From NCBI GenBank assembly GCA_977017575.1, contig CDRNVI010000063.1:62001-126000 (forward strand): a DNA stretch of 64,000 bases, read 5' to 3'. The translations under genes were made by a program, and so were the position numbers. The stretch comes from Paramoeba atlantica. Its lineage: Eukaryota; Protista; Discosea. This document shows, in pieces, positions 33,658 to 44,981 of the stretch. The first letter of the stretch is position 1, and each line of letters opens with the position of its first letter. The notes below the pieces were generated by a model, which worked only from the letters and a program-made list of their open reading frames with translations, was not told where the DNA came from and made no database searches.

Positions 33658-34119
33658 TATTATTAACACATTTATACTTTTAAGTATTCTTTTTTATATT
33701 TTTACACTCTCAGGTGTTATGCAGCAGTAGCACACACGTTCGTACGCGGTGACATGTCCACTGCTTTTTCTTGGTGCACTGAGTATGACGAAATGTCGAC
33801 ATTTCAGAAGGGTGATTTTTTGGGTATCTTTGGTGCACTGAGTATGACAAAAAGGTGGTGCACTGAGTATGACAATCCAGGAGTCCACGGGGGAGGTCCC
33901 GGGGGGCATACGTCGCGATTTGTTTTTCAATTTTTTTGCTTTCCAAAATCGAGGACAGGAAAGTGCTAGAGTATGCCGCGGCGATGTTTTTCTACCCTCC
34001 CCCCCCCACCTGGGGGTGACCCCCCTGGTACGCGCAGGAGGGGTCCGACAAGTTCGAAAATTCCGAAATTTTTGGGATGACCCCAAAAAAAATATTTTTG
34101 ACCAAAACAAAAGGATGTA

Positions 34120-36487
34120 CAGTGCTCGCAAAAATTAGTAAAACTTTTATTGTAAGATAGCAAAAAAGTTTTACTAATTAAAAATTCACTAATTTTTGCG
34201 CTGCCCCCAAAAAATTTGCCAACTTGATAAAATGTCTTAAATACAAGAGAGCGATGTTTCGCGTTCGAGGAGCGAAGAAAGCCTTTTAAAAATAGGAATA
34301 TAACGAACAAGAAAGTCAGAGATTCAGAAAAAAATCAGGAGCGGGGAAAGTAATATGTGTCTGTAGCACAGAGTAAAAAACACCCAGAAAAAATAATATT
34401 AATAAAAATCTTGCTCATAGAAATATTGCTCACAGAAATCTTGCTCGCTTTCCGTTTCACTTTCCCCTTCAAATTCCGAACTGTCTTCATAATCGCTGCT
34501 ATAGTCAATGTGATTACTGTGCATGCATTTGTATTTATCTGACTGGACCTTTCGAGGAGTTAAACGAATAGGCGTGCATATAGACGTAGCTTCAGAGAAA
34601 AATGTATTTTCTGCACTGGCGGATGTCTCAATTTCAGAAGAAGTCTTCCCGAAACCCCATAGATCTAGTTTTGCACACTTCTTTTGAGAAAAGAATAACT
34701 TCTTCTGAGCTCGACTCATGCCTTTTGTCTGTTCTTTCAGTTTGTATCCTTCCTCACGAGCTTGATTCTTTTTTTCCTTCTCAATTCTATTTGACTCAAG
34801 CCGTTCAGAAAGGCTGGGGTTGGGAGGACGACCTCGTTTCTTGCTTTGAAGAGAGACAATATGCTGAATATTTTCCTGTCGAATATCTTGGTCTTCGGGG
34901 GGTTCGATTTCATCAACGTTAACATTTACGTGCATTTCTTGTAGCTCATCTCCATGTCTGCTGACTGTTTCACGTTCGTTGTCGGTGAGCAAGGATGCGT
35001 ACGCGTCGGCTCGTGTCGGAGTACACCTCTCAGTTTCATCAAAAAGAGCGGCAGTTATACCCGTAACTTTCCAAGAAGCAATGACTTGAGCACGAGTAAT
35101 TTCTCGCATAGCTTTGGTAATTAGCGTGACTTTTTGCGTTCGGAGATGTGAAGCGGAAGACATAACCATTTCATGGACGGCATCTTCGACATTTTGACGG
35201 GCAAAAATGCGAGCAACATAACCATTGAAAAGTGCTCGAGCCTTGACTTTCAACCCAGATATCACAAACTGATCCGCCGGCTGAAAAACGTGAGTCATTT
35301 TAGGCGGAATTTCTACACACTGGCAGCTTTTGGAGGAAAGCGCCGTGGCAGAGTCTTTGTGTTGTGTTGCACCATCTATGATAAAGAGAGCCGGAGTGTT
35401 AACGTCTGAAAGTTTGCTCCTCTCCACACCAACAATATCAAGAAATCTTTCTAGAAATTCGGCCCAAGTGCTTGAATCCTGAAAGTGAGATCCTGTCCGA
35501 GCGCACTGTAGAACTCGATCATTGTGTTCAACGTCGACAAACATGCGGGAGGTACCCTGAAAAATGAATTGTAGAAGATTCAAATCACCAGCAGCATTCG
35601 CTAGCACCGTACAAGTGAAACCCCCTTTGCGATTCTGGATTGCAACACTTCTACTTTCTCCGACGTCAATCCACTTCATTTTCATTCAATCCACTTCATG
35701 TTTGAGCCTTCTGGAGAAAGACCAACGAAAAACTCGTCCGCGTTAAAAACAAGCTCTTTTCGAACACCGAAAGATTTTAGGCCACGTAGATGAGAAAAAA
35801 ATACATTAGCTGCCTGTGCAACTTCAATAGGTGTCACAGTTCGAGTTGTAGTTGCCCGTCGCACCTTAATGCCATTGCGGTGCATCCAAGAATTTGCCCA
35901 AGAAATCGAAAACTTCAACGTGCCACCGTTCAGCACTGTGGATCCCGTCTGTCGCTGCTCTCCGATACCTTTCGTAATGTTGGCTACGCGAGCTGCGTCG
36001 ACGGCAACGCCACTTCGTCGAATCAGCAAAAAACACTTTTAACAACTGAGCCTCTTCGTCTTCCGTGAGAAGACTCTTTCGACCCCGAGAACCAACGTCA
36101 TCCAAACGCGCAATGCGCTTGTACTTGGTGATAGCGGCTGAACTGAGACTTCGATGAAATTTCAGCTCAAACTTTCGTCGAACATCTTCGCCCCGAAAAA
36201 CACCACGAGTGTGTTCGAATAACCAATTCTTTTGCTCATCTGTTAAGGAAGTTCCGGAGGGCGTGTTGCTAGACGAAGCACTTATCAGATTGCTGAGAAA
36301 TATCATTTCTCCGATGTCGTGCGACATAGTAGTCTGAAAACTTTTCGTAAAAAAAAAAATAAAATTCCGAAAAAAATAAAAAAACATTTAAGGTGTAAAA
36401 CCTGAATTTTGCAAAATGTTTTACTAATTAAAAATTTACTAATTTTTGTTTTACGAATTATTATTACACTAATAATTGTGTACACTG
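34120..36487 (-). mobile_element. pogo-like DNA transposon, full length, transposase pseudogene 34399-36327
   Basis: TA|CAGTG...CACTG|TA; CENP-B HTH (GRKSLLTEDEEAQL, FSISWANSWMHR), NADE / IIDGATQH / QPAD = DD33D; frameshifts near 36030 and 35680. Confidence 0.85.
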
Positions 36488-36615
36488 TACTTATTAAAGG
36501 ATTTACTTTATTTTACTATAAAACTTTAATAACCTTTATTTCTCTTTTCTTAAAAAATCGACAGAATACGGCCGCCTAGTAGAACAGACTGTCACCTTCG
36601 CAGTGTACCTGGTGG

Positions 36616-37208
36616 ATTGCGGTGGTTGTATAACTACCGCTCTACCCTCGATTATTGAAAAACAGTGAAAAACAGTGAAAATATAAAGAGGAACACAGTA
36701 TTATAGAAGAAAAAAATATAAAGGGGGGCCCCGGTGGTCCAAAATTGAAAAAAATGGGGGTCCATGGGGGGGGGTCCATGGGAGGGGTCCAGGGGGGGGG
36801 TCCAGGGGGCATACGTCGTTTTTTGAAAATTTCAAAATCTTGATTTTCGAAATCGAGCGCAGGGAAGTGGTAGAGTAGGCCGCGGCGATGACTTTCCACC
36901 CCCCCACCTAGGGGTACCCCCCCTGGTACGCGCGGGAGGGATCCGACAAGGTCAAAGATTGCGAAATTTTTGGGAGGACTAAAACCCAAAAAAAAGCAAA
37001 AATATTATTTTTCCAAAATCGACTCCTAAACCGTATTTCGAGAGTTTTGGACCTCAGCTACCATTCTACGACGTTTTTGTCGACAGATTCGACTCCTGCC
37101 CCTACTGGTAAGGCATCCAAAACAGCCCAAATTCGGTGTAAAATTTCGCAATTTTTACCATAAAATCGAGCTTTTTCACAAGAACCACCGCGTTTAACGA
37201 AGAGCCTA
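36616..37208 (-). mobile_element. Hairpin-ended element, copy F (interior type 1; large hairpin reduced to its outer arm)
   Basis: ATTGCGGTGGTTG end at 36616; AACCACCGCGTTTAACGAAGAGCCTA at 37183-37208; interior matches copy B. Confidence 0.8.
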
Positions 37209-37609
37209 ATTATTATGCTGAAAGAGTATCCACGCGACGAAAAACACACCTGTGCGCCCTCGGATGATCTCTGGGCCCGTGAAGCGCCACATCAAGCTCT
37301 TAGGGCAGCTTGACAGCCCAGAACAGGTTACCAACACCTTAGGGGGGGGGACGCGTCTGTGGTGATATGGTATATGGCAGAATTCGAAGTGAACATTGAT
37401 TCATTTCATGATTGAAAAGCATGAATTCATGAAACATGAAAAGCATGAAAAACATGATTGAAAAGCAAAAGTAAAATGCATTACAACTCTCTGGCTAACG
37501 AAGGAAAGAGTGAATTTTAAGTTTTGTGTCAGAACATCAAAACATCAGCACAGCACATTAGCACGCTGTAACGTGTTGGAATTCAACTCACGAAAAAAAC
37601 CATTGCTAC

Positions 37610-37850
37610 AGCACTGCCTGGCGGATTTCGCAGGGAACGATCGGTAGCAAGCCTCGGGGCCAAGCTGGTATCCTTAAAGTTGAAGAGGAGAGAGACCTTC
37701 TGGATGCAATCAGATTCCAAAACAAAGCTTCTAGATGTGTAAACGAACCTTCCGTGGCAGAGATTGCTCGAGGATTAATTGCTCGAACACGCAAAGAGGT
37801 TTTAAGATATCCAAATCTGAGGTTCGAACTGTACGTGGGGGAGCCTGTGA
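37610..37850 (+). pseudogene. pogo/CENP-B-type HTH fragment
   Basis: GSKPRGQAGILKVEEERDLLDAI...SVAEIARGLI parallels GSRGRKSLLTEDEEAQLL...VANITKGI of the pogo ORF. Confidence 0.45.
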
Positions 37851-37906
37851 TCCTTCTGGACGTCCGTGTTTCTTCCTACGTTGCGAAACATTTTGTAATG
37901 GAACGG

Positions 37907-38560
37907 TGGATTATCTTATCCAGTGCACCAAATTATCATATCCAGTGCACTTTTTTTTAGATTATCATATCCAGTGCACCAAAAGTCTATTTTTGGAAAT
38001 TCGTTGCTAGTTCTATTCTATAACCCCAATATCTATACTGTATACTCTAATTGTTTTTTCTTCATTCCTCATGTCAAAATATCAGAGGCTCGGGCAAAGG
38101 GGCAGAGTCACCATTCAAGAGATGTTGAGGCAGGCGCAACACGGCGTGAGATCGGCACGGCCATCGGTAAATCCCTTAGCACCGTTAGCCATGAGCTGAC
38201 CCGTAACAAGAAACGGGGTCGTCGTTACGAAGCCAGCCGCGCACACAGAGTGTCAAAGCGCCGCCTGGCGATTAAGGCTGTGCGTCCCTGGCTATCCGTG
38301 GGCCTGTGGAACGGGACAGAAATTTCGAAAGATGAAAGAGTGAATAAAAAACTTCGTTGCAATTCATATTTCTGCGCTCCGTACCATTCATGGGAAAAGG
38401 AGGCGGTGGAAAATGTGAATGGTCTAATTCGACAATACCACAAGGCGACCAACTCATTCTCTCAGCCTCACGGAGGTCACCAAGACAGCAAGAAAGTTGA
38501 ACAAGAGGCCGAGAAAGGTTTTATGGTGGGAATGTCTGAAGGCACTATACGTGAAATGCT
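37907..38560 (+). mobile_element. IS30-family element 1: left TIR, subterminal repeats and internally deleted transposase (from ATG 38071)
   Basis: REIGTAIGKSLSTVSHELTRN HTH, NGTE, YFCAPYHSWEKEAVENVNGLIRQY, and LNKRPRKVL in a shifted frame. Confidence 0.8.
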
Positions 38561-38594
38561 TTGTGAACGAAAAAAGAATTTCGATACAGTTTTA

Positions 38595-40511
38595 CTAGAC
38601 AACGCAGAGACCACAATTACATACGATGTTGTACCGTTCTAGAAAAGGGCGGCGCAGAACACCCTCGGGTACCCTTTCTTGGTTCCCGATGGACATCGGC
38701 AAGTATGAAATCGTAACCTCCTCGCCCGCTTGTATGTTCCTCAGTGCACGAAAACAAAGAACACGGGAACCCATCTGTTGTATTCCTTTTTTGACGATCC
38801 TCGGATTTTGTGGTAAATTCTCCCAGCTGTAACACGCATTGGGATTGCAGTTGTGGTTTATAAAACTTGCTATACGAGGGAAAAAACCACAACCTTTACC
38901 GTTCCCAAGCCGAAAGAAGTTAGTAAGTAGGACACGGCAAATTTGAAGTAAGATAGAAGCGTCGAGGTGCTGTGCAGAGAATCCGTAGTGCAAACCTATT
39001 TCATAGAGATACGCAAGGTCACTTAGAGGAAACTCCTCAGAGGATAGGACATAGTCCGAAGCCAAGCTACGCATATATTTTTCATAAAACGACTTTAATG
39101 AGGATTTAGTTTTTCGATTACGAGCACTTTGTCCGAGATTCCCAGCGAAAGATTTCCGACATTTCCCGCATTGAAGTTGCGCATAAAGTCTGTGAAGAAG
39201 AGGCGCAAGTATTCTAATGGTGTCTCGAGATTTTGCGTTAACCTGATACGCTCCTAATGGTCCAAATAAGTATCGCAGATTGTACTCGGCGCTACAATGA
39301 CTTCTGTGGTATAGATTACAAGACCTTTTGCGACAGTTTTCACTGCACCATTTTTGCATGCAACCCGATGTGTTTGCTTTGGTACATACGTGGGGCTTAG
39401 AGATTGAAGTCGACTCGCTCAATTCGTTTTCAAAAGATTCGTCGTCAGAGGAATTCAATAAATCGGAAATAGTATTCCTTTCATCTCCAAAAATGGAAGA
39501 ATTTCTAGTTTGTTCTGTCTGGACTTTTGTGACATTTTTTTGCGACGAGGCCATCCTATCGCGTCCTCCAGACTCTGAGCACAATCGTTTGCCACATCCG
39601 TCACAAAGTTGATTAGCACTAGGATGTGCGCCGTAAGATGGACTAAAAATTAATGGGGCCTCGTAAAATATAATTTGCCCTGCAATAAAACCTTTTGCTG
39701 CTACTACACCACGGTAGTCACTTGCCGGTGAATCATTCAAGCGACGGTTGCGCGCAACCTTGGCATTTTTGTGAATCTTATTCAAGGAAAGAGAGGACGT
39801 GATAGAATTCCGTGGATATGCATACGTCTCAGGATAAGGCAAGTGCTGCACAGTCACATGAAAATCGGTATCTAATGTTGCCTTGTAAAAACGATCAACT
39901 GCTGGTTTCGCAAGCGATCTTGAAAAGAAGATATTTTTGTGTCCGCATATTTTTACATGATTATTTCCCGGTACTATGATCGATGGGCAATAAGATTCAC
40001 AGCCCGGATCATTCACGGTGGCCGCATCCATCATGCGTTCTCTTATTCTAGAGATAACATTTATTATACACCCAATATGACCGGTAGTTTTTTCCAGTGA
40101 TGTCCCAATGACATCAAGTTTGCATGGCTCCGCGCTACCCTTTGGCACATTTTCACTTTTTGCCGATTTGAGCTCTCGCTGAAGGAATGACTCCACATAC
40201 CCCAAAAATGTATCCCATTCCTGTGATACGTATTGCACATAGTCATTAAGTAGATAAAGACGCAGAACTCGGATGTCATTAACAAGTGCTGCATTATCTG
40301 AAATCTTCAAGGTATCGATAGAGTTAATACCACAGGCGGGTATCTGAACACTTGTGACACAAGAAAGTATTTTTCGAATAACATTAAAGTCAAGCGGCCC
40401 CCTAAGTGCATTCCCATTTTCTACTTTCACTATCCTCTCACATTTATGAAGGGTTAAGAACAATTTGCGAATGTGTGAAAAAACCTCGCTCCGTAAGCGA
40501 AAGGGCCACAT
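38595..40511 (-). CDS. SMYD-type SET-domain methyltransferase
   Basis: RGVVAAKGFIAGQII..EAP, CxxC..WCSxxC MYND-like insert, SFINHNCNPN, RALRNIQAGEEVTISY, post-SET CxCxxC. Confidence 0.85.
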   Translation of the reverse strand: MWPFRLRSEVFSHIRKLFLTLHKCERIVKVENGNALRGPLDFNVIRKILSCVTSVQIPACGINSIDTLKISDNAALVNDIRVLRLYLLNDYVQYVSQEWDTFLGYVESFLQRELKSAKSENVPKGSAEPCKLDVIGTSLEKTTGHIGCIINVISRIRERMMDAATVNDPGCESYCPSIIVPGNNHVKICGHKNIFFSRSLAKPAVDRFYKATLDTDFHVTVQHLPYPETYAYPRNSITSSLSLNKIHKNAKVARNRRLNDSPASDYRGVVAAKGFIAGQIIFYEAPLIFSPSYGAHPSANQLCDGCGKRLCSESGGRDRMASSQKNVTKVQTEQTRNSSIFGDERNTISDLLNSSDDESFENELSESTSISKPHVCTKANTSGCMQKWCSENCRKRSCNLYHRSHCSAEYNLRYLFGPLGAYQVNAKSRDTIRILAPLLHRLYAQLQCGKCRKSFAGNLGQSARNRKTKSSLKSFYEKYMRSLASDYVLSSEEFPLSDLAYLYEIGLHYGFSAQHLDASILLQICRVLLTNFFRLGNGKGCGFFPRIASFINHNCNPNACYSWENLPQNPRIVKKGIQQMGSRVLCFRALRNIQAGEEVTISYLPMSIGNQERVPEGVLRRPFLERYNIVCNCGLCVV

Positions 40512-40914
40512 GTGTTTTACACTTTACCCCTTGAGTGCGCTGTCGCTGACCAGCTCTGAGTGTGTGCGAACAACATGAATTCGAAAAACATAACTTCACA
40601 AAAAAGCTATCATTGGAAGAAATATCGAGTGATGAAATACGTCGCAAAACTTCCAATATTACCAAAACATAGGAAAGAAAGATTTCAAGAAACTGAACTT
40701 GTAAAATCGAAATTCCACGTCATCCAATTCCACGTCTCCGTTAAGAGGTACACAAACCCAAAAACTTAATTCACAATATTGTTCCTATCGACGGATTGAT
40801 GCTTCATTAAAGCACACAATGTCAAACAACTTTGTTAAACTACAGATGGACAGTCAAGATCAATAGGAACTTAGAACTCAACCCAGTCCACCTTTCACCT
40901 CATTTGCCCAGGAA

Positions 40915-42948
40915 TTATGCTAGAGGAAGAACCGCTCCACCGCTGTCGGCCACCGTAATAAAAGGATTGTTATAAAACCGTGACCCCAGAGCGACGGGGT
41001 TGAGACGTAACAGCCCTATCACCATCACCAGATTCCCCTCCCGCAGGGTGGCCTGGGCCCGTTTCGACAGTGTACTGCCGTAGACCCGGATTGTCACACA
41101 CTCCGGAGGGACCCCAGCCTCGGCGACGTCCACCACCAAGGAGAACTGTGTCACCGGGGTCATCCCCTGGTACCCACTCGCGAGCTCACACACCACCCCG
41201 CTGAGTGTGATGTTCGTGTAGCTCCGAGCATGGACCACAACATCCTGCTCGAGTGACACGTTGGCGTTCTTGAGCTCCTCGGCTAACAACGCAGCCCGGG
41301 GGTCACCCTCCGAGGCCCCCTGGCCCGGGACTTTACTCATGTCCACCGGGGTAGGGACATAGGCCGGGATGTTCTCGAGGTTAATCCCAATCGTGGGACG
41401 AGGGGTATCGGCTTTCGACCCCGAGGCTGTGCTCCCCGCCGAGGCCACCGCGCTGGCCTGCCCGGGGTGCTTGGTCTCATAGTGTCCCGTGAGCCCAAGC
41501 TGGGTTTTGAACCCTTTCCCGCAGATGGTGCATTGAAACCGTTTCTCGCTGTCCAGCGAGGGGTCCATCCCCGGGACTACCCCGGCGGGGGAGGCGGCGG
41601 TACTCTCCACCGACCCCGGAGGGGCAGAGAAAGTCGGATCAAACACCCCAGGGGTCGTACCCTGGTCCCCGGCAAGTGGGGAGAACGGGTTGAACGGACC
41701 CGCAGGGGTAGCGCCTCGTGGGGGCTCCGCGGAACCCCCCACAGCCCCGGCACCGCTCGCCGAGGAAGCTCCTCCCCCGGAAGCGGGGGAGGAGGGGATC
41801 GTCACGCTCAACGGGACCGGATCCACCGCCACCCCGCTCTCCCCGGCACTGCGTATGACCGTCCCCCCACGTGCGCGCTCCGCGAACCCTTTGATTTCCT
41901 CCATCGTGTAGACCCGGACACGCTGGAACTTTCGCGTCCCCGCCCCCCAGCGTGTGGTACCAAGCTCATCCCACAGCGAGAGCAGGGAGCTACGAAGCTC
42001 CTCACTAACCGCCGGGTCATACCCCACAATAGAAGCCGTACCATTACCTGTCTTTGTACTCACAGAGGTAAGACTCACCCGCGTCTTACTTCCAGAACTC
42101 GAGCTCATGTTTGTGGCACTACTGCTACTGCTACCACCACTGTTGTTATTGTTACTCCCCCCACCCCCTCCTGTGGGGGCTTGCTGTCGGTTCGTTGCCT
42201 CCACGGGGCGCGCCCCGTCGTGTTTGGTATTCAAATGGTGCTCCAGGGCCATGGAGAGACGGAAGCTTTTGCTGCACAGGTGGCAGGCAAACTTCTTGTC
42301 CTCCCCGAGGCTGGCGGCTTGCTGGATCTCCGCAGCCCGGGTGGGGTTGATGGCGGAGACGGGGGCGCGGGGGGACGGGGGGGCTGCGGGGGTGGGGGGC
42401 CGAGGGGCTGACCCGGGAGTGGAAGGGGTCTCTGAAGCCAGCGGTTGTGAAGGGGTTGAGGCCATTGGGGGCGTTGCCCCTGTCGTGGACGGGGGGGTTG
42501 ATGTGATGGGGTTGTCCTGGGCTGGGGATTTGGTGCAGAGTACCCGGGCGGAGTGCCGACGAGCGGCGTCGGCGGTGAGTTCCGTGCCGGAGGGTACGGG
42601 GAGGGAGGCGTGATCTTCCCCGATGGTCCAGCGTGGGACTTCGTCCGGGGCGGGGTTTAGGGGGTGTTTGCGGTGAGCCTCCTGTAACAGGAGCCGACCA
42701 TAGTCGGTCTCGGCGAGCTCAAATTCGTTGTACAGAGTGTTGGAGACTACATAGGGGTCACCACGACGCAGCAGGAGAGGGGTGCTCCGGAGTAAACCGC
42801 AACGTGGTTGCTGACTGTGAGTGTGCTGAGGGATATCTTCTGAGGAAACCTCTTTTATAGAGGTTCTTGTAGTGAAATAGATCCGGGGTAACACACAAGT
42901 AGGGAGTGTTGGGGAGGATATCCGAGAACGAAAATGGGGTTTCCACAT
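40915..42948 (-). CDS. KREPA2: RNA editing core complex zinc-finger/OB-fold protein, KREPA2 (MP63)-like
   Basis: Two C2H2 fingers (FACHLCSKSF..HLNTKH; FQCTICGKGF..HYETKH), YVPTPVD motif, C-terminal SSB-like OB fold; paralog assignment less sure than family. Confidence 0.65.
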   Translation of the reverse strand: MWKPHFRSRISSPTLPTCVLPRIYFTTRTSIKEVSSEDIPQHTHSQQPRCGLLRSTPLLLRRGDPYVVSNTLYNEFELAETDYGRLLLQEAHRKHPLNPAPDEVPRWTIGEDHASLPVPSGTELTADAARRHSARVLCTKSPAQDNPITSTPPSTTGATPPMASTPSQPLASETPSTPGSAPRPPTPAAPPSPRAPVSAINPTRAAEIQQAASLGEDKKFACHLCSKSFRLSMALEHHLNTKHDGARPVEATNRQQAPTGGGGGSNNNNSGGSSSSSATNMSSSSGSKTRVSLTSVSTKTGNGTASIVGYDPAVSEELRSSLLSLWDELGTTRWGAGTRKFQRVRVYTMEEIKGFAERARGGTVIRSAGESGVAVDPVPLSVTIPSSPASGGGASSASGAGAVGGSAEPPRGATPAGPFNPFSPLAGDQGTTPGVFDPTFSAPPGSVESTAASPAGVVPGMDPSLDSEKRFQCTICGKGFKTQLGLTGHYETKHPGQASAVASAGSTASGSKADTPRPTIGINLENIPAYVPTPVDMSKVPGQGASEGDPRAALLAEELKNANVSLEQDVVVHARSYTNITLSGVVCELASGYQGMTPVTQFSLVVDVAEAGVPPECVTIRVYGSTLSKRAQATLREGNLVMVIGLLRLNPVALGSRFYNNPFITVADSGGAVLPLA

Positions 42949-43304
42949 GAATAGACAATAGTTGCGACGCCTAACTTGAAAGTATTTTTGAACAAAAGTG
43001 CATAAAATAAAAGTCACCGATCGTTTTTAAAAGATTGACGAATACCCTGTAATTTTAGTTTCCCGCATTATATTGTTACACTTGAGTTTCTTACTGTGGT
43101 TACTCTTTTAATAACCGAGGGAGAAGCGGTACTTTCCGCTTTAATGAAGCAAGATTTCACGTCGATGACTGAGAAGAAGACAAATCCATGTAAAGCTCCT
43201 TTATAAAGCACTGTTGTTACTATTAGCAGCATCCAAAAGAATGTAAATACGATACATTTTTTCTTTGATAAAGTATTCTTCGTAGGATTGTCTTGCAAGT
43301 AGAG

Positions 43305-43682
43305 CTACGGTGTTCGAAGTTTAAAATCTACAGCTGATACATTGTATTTGTAAATGTAGATGTCTGGTTGAAGGGTGGTGCGATGGGCCTCTACTGCTTG
43401 TTCGTTGTATGGTTCTACGTCGTATGAGAATACTTTTTTGTCTTCAAACTGAGGGAAATTTGATCGGGCGAGTTTTGCAAACACCCCTTGCTTCCTAGAG
43501 GTTGTGTGTGGAGACCAACTTACTCGTCGAGCGTGGCTGACAGCTTCGTCAGTAAAATAATGCTCCCATCTGATTTTAATCCCCCGAGTTTTTACGGTGT
43601 ACAAAGGACCGCGTGTATCCGTGCATTGCACCATCGTTGCGAAGTTTGATGTAAAGTGGAGAAGCCCAGTACGACTTTTCAT
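43305..43682 (-). CDS. Small basic hypothetical protein, possibly mitochondrial
   Basis: Compact 125-aa ORF in the gene cluster with protein-like composition; family not recognised. Confidence 0.55.
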   Translation of the reverse strand: MKSRTGLLHFTSNFATMVQCTDTRGPLYTVKTRGIKIRWEHYFTDEAVSHARRVSWSPHTTSRKQGVFAKLARSNFPQFEDKKVFSYDVEPYNEQAVEAHRTTLQPDIYIYKYNVSAVDFKLRTP

Positions 43683-44075
43683 GGTGATGTACTGCCTAAT
43701 TTGAAGAATGGAAAGAAAACACAAATCCCTTAATAAAACCAATCCTGAATTGAAGGACTTTTATACTTACTAATACTCACATTAATTTGACTGTTGAAGT
43801 GCATTATTACAATTAGCGAAAAGTCGGACCATAGATAGATACCTCGGTACCTAGAAGGGGGGCAACACGTCTGCGATAATTGGCAGAATATGGCGGAATT
43901 CGAAAGTGAACAGCAAAATGATTTCGGCGTCGAGAACCTAACGTCAGAAAAATAGAATAAAGGACAGCGATTTTAAATTGAAATACAGGGGGTGGCAGGA
44001 AAATATGGGGGGGGGTCAAAATTCGTATAAACCACTGTCCGGGTTATTATACCTAGGGGGTATAATTTCCTTTTT

Positions 44076-44852
44076 TAGGCTCTTCGTTAAACGCGGTGGG
44101 CGTTTTCAACTTAGAAGTCACTCATGCTGCGCGCTTCGCGTTGAAAACTACCACCGCATTTAACGAAGAGCCCAAAAAAAGGAAAATTGGCCAGGGAAGC
44201 GGAAGAAAACGGAAGGATTTGAGCCAAAAATAGCCGATTTTTAGGTAAAAATGGGGTGATTTTTCTGTATTTTTGCTCTCAGAGCACTAAATTCGACATT
44301 AGCGTGTGGGAAATCACTCGTAGGCATGCATTCGAGGCTACAGAACGTATTGGGTAGAGAATGTGACTCCAACCACACCATTCAAAGACCCCTTGGGGTC
44401 CGAAAATTACTTTTTCGCATTTTTTGGTCAAAAATGGGTAATTTTGGGAGGGGTACCACGGCTTCAAGAAGCGACATCTCGCAAAATCAATGGCGTAGAA
44501 AGCTAGAATAGGTCCCAAGCTATGAAAATAAGATAGGGGAAACAATTTTGGAAAATTCCCTTTTCTCACCGTGGCCCAGTTAGCGCACGCCCCGCCGGTA
44601 CCAATTTTGTACCGCGGCGTGCGCTATCTGGGCGTCTGGAAAAATATTTTTTTCAAAAAAAATTCGCGCGGTATGCCCCCCCCATGGACCCCCCAAGGGT
44701 TCGATTTTTTTTTAAAAATTTTGGACCACCGGAGCCCCTTTTATAAGTTTTTCTTCTATTATATTACTGTGTTCCTCTTTATATTTTCACTGTTTTTGTT
44801 CACTTTTTTTCAATAATCGAGGGTAGAGCGGTAGTTATACAACCACCGCAAT
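44076..44852 (+). mobile_element. Hairpin-ended element, copy G (full length, interior type 2)
   Basis: Hairpin 44076-44174; 3' end CAACCACCGCAAT. Confidence 0.85.
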
Positions 44853-44981
44853 AAGTATCCCTAGGTATAATAACTTTACTTTGCAAAAAAAAGGGTATGC
44901 TGCGAAGAATTCTTTCTTTCTTTCTTTCCCGTTTTTTGTTGCATAAATAAGTGTGTATTGGAAGCGCTGATCTTCTACTTT

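Larger units (their letters stand above)
32100..33879. mobile_element. 1780-bp non-autonomous TIR element with IS30-type ends and cargo
   Basis: GG|TGGATTGTCAATGTCAGTGCACC...GGTGCACTGAGTATGACAATCCA|GG (20/23 TIR match, GG duplicated); subterminal repeats at both ends; same end precedes the IS30 ORF at 37907. Confidence 0.75.
32025..34115 (-). mobile_element. Hairpin-ended element, copy E, interrupted by the 32100-33879 insertion
   Basis: 32025-32099 and 33880-34115 join into sequence colinear with copy F (GTCCATGG..GGAGTCC..GGGGGGCATACGTCG). Confidence 0.7.
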
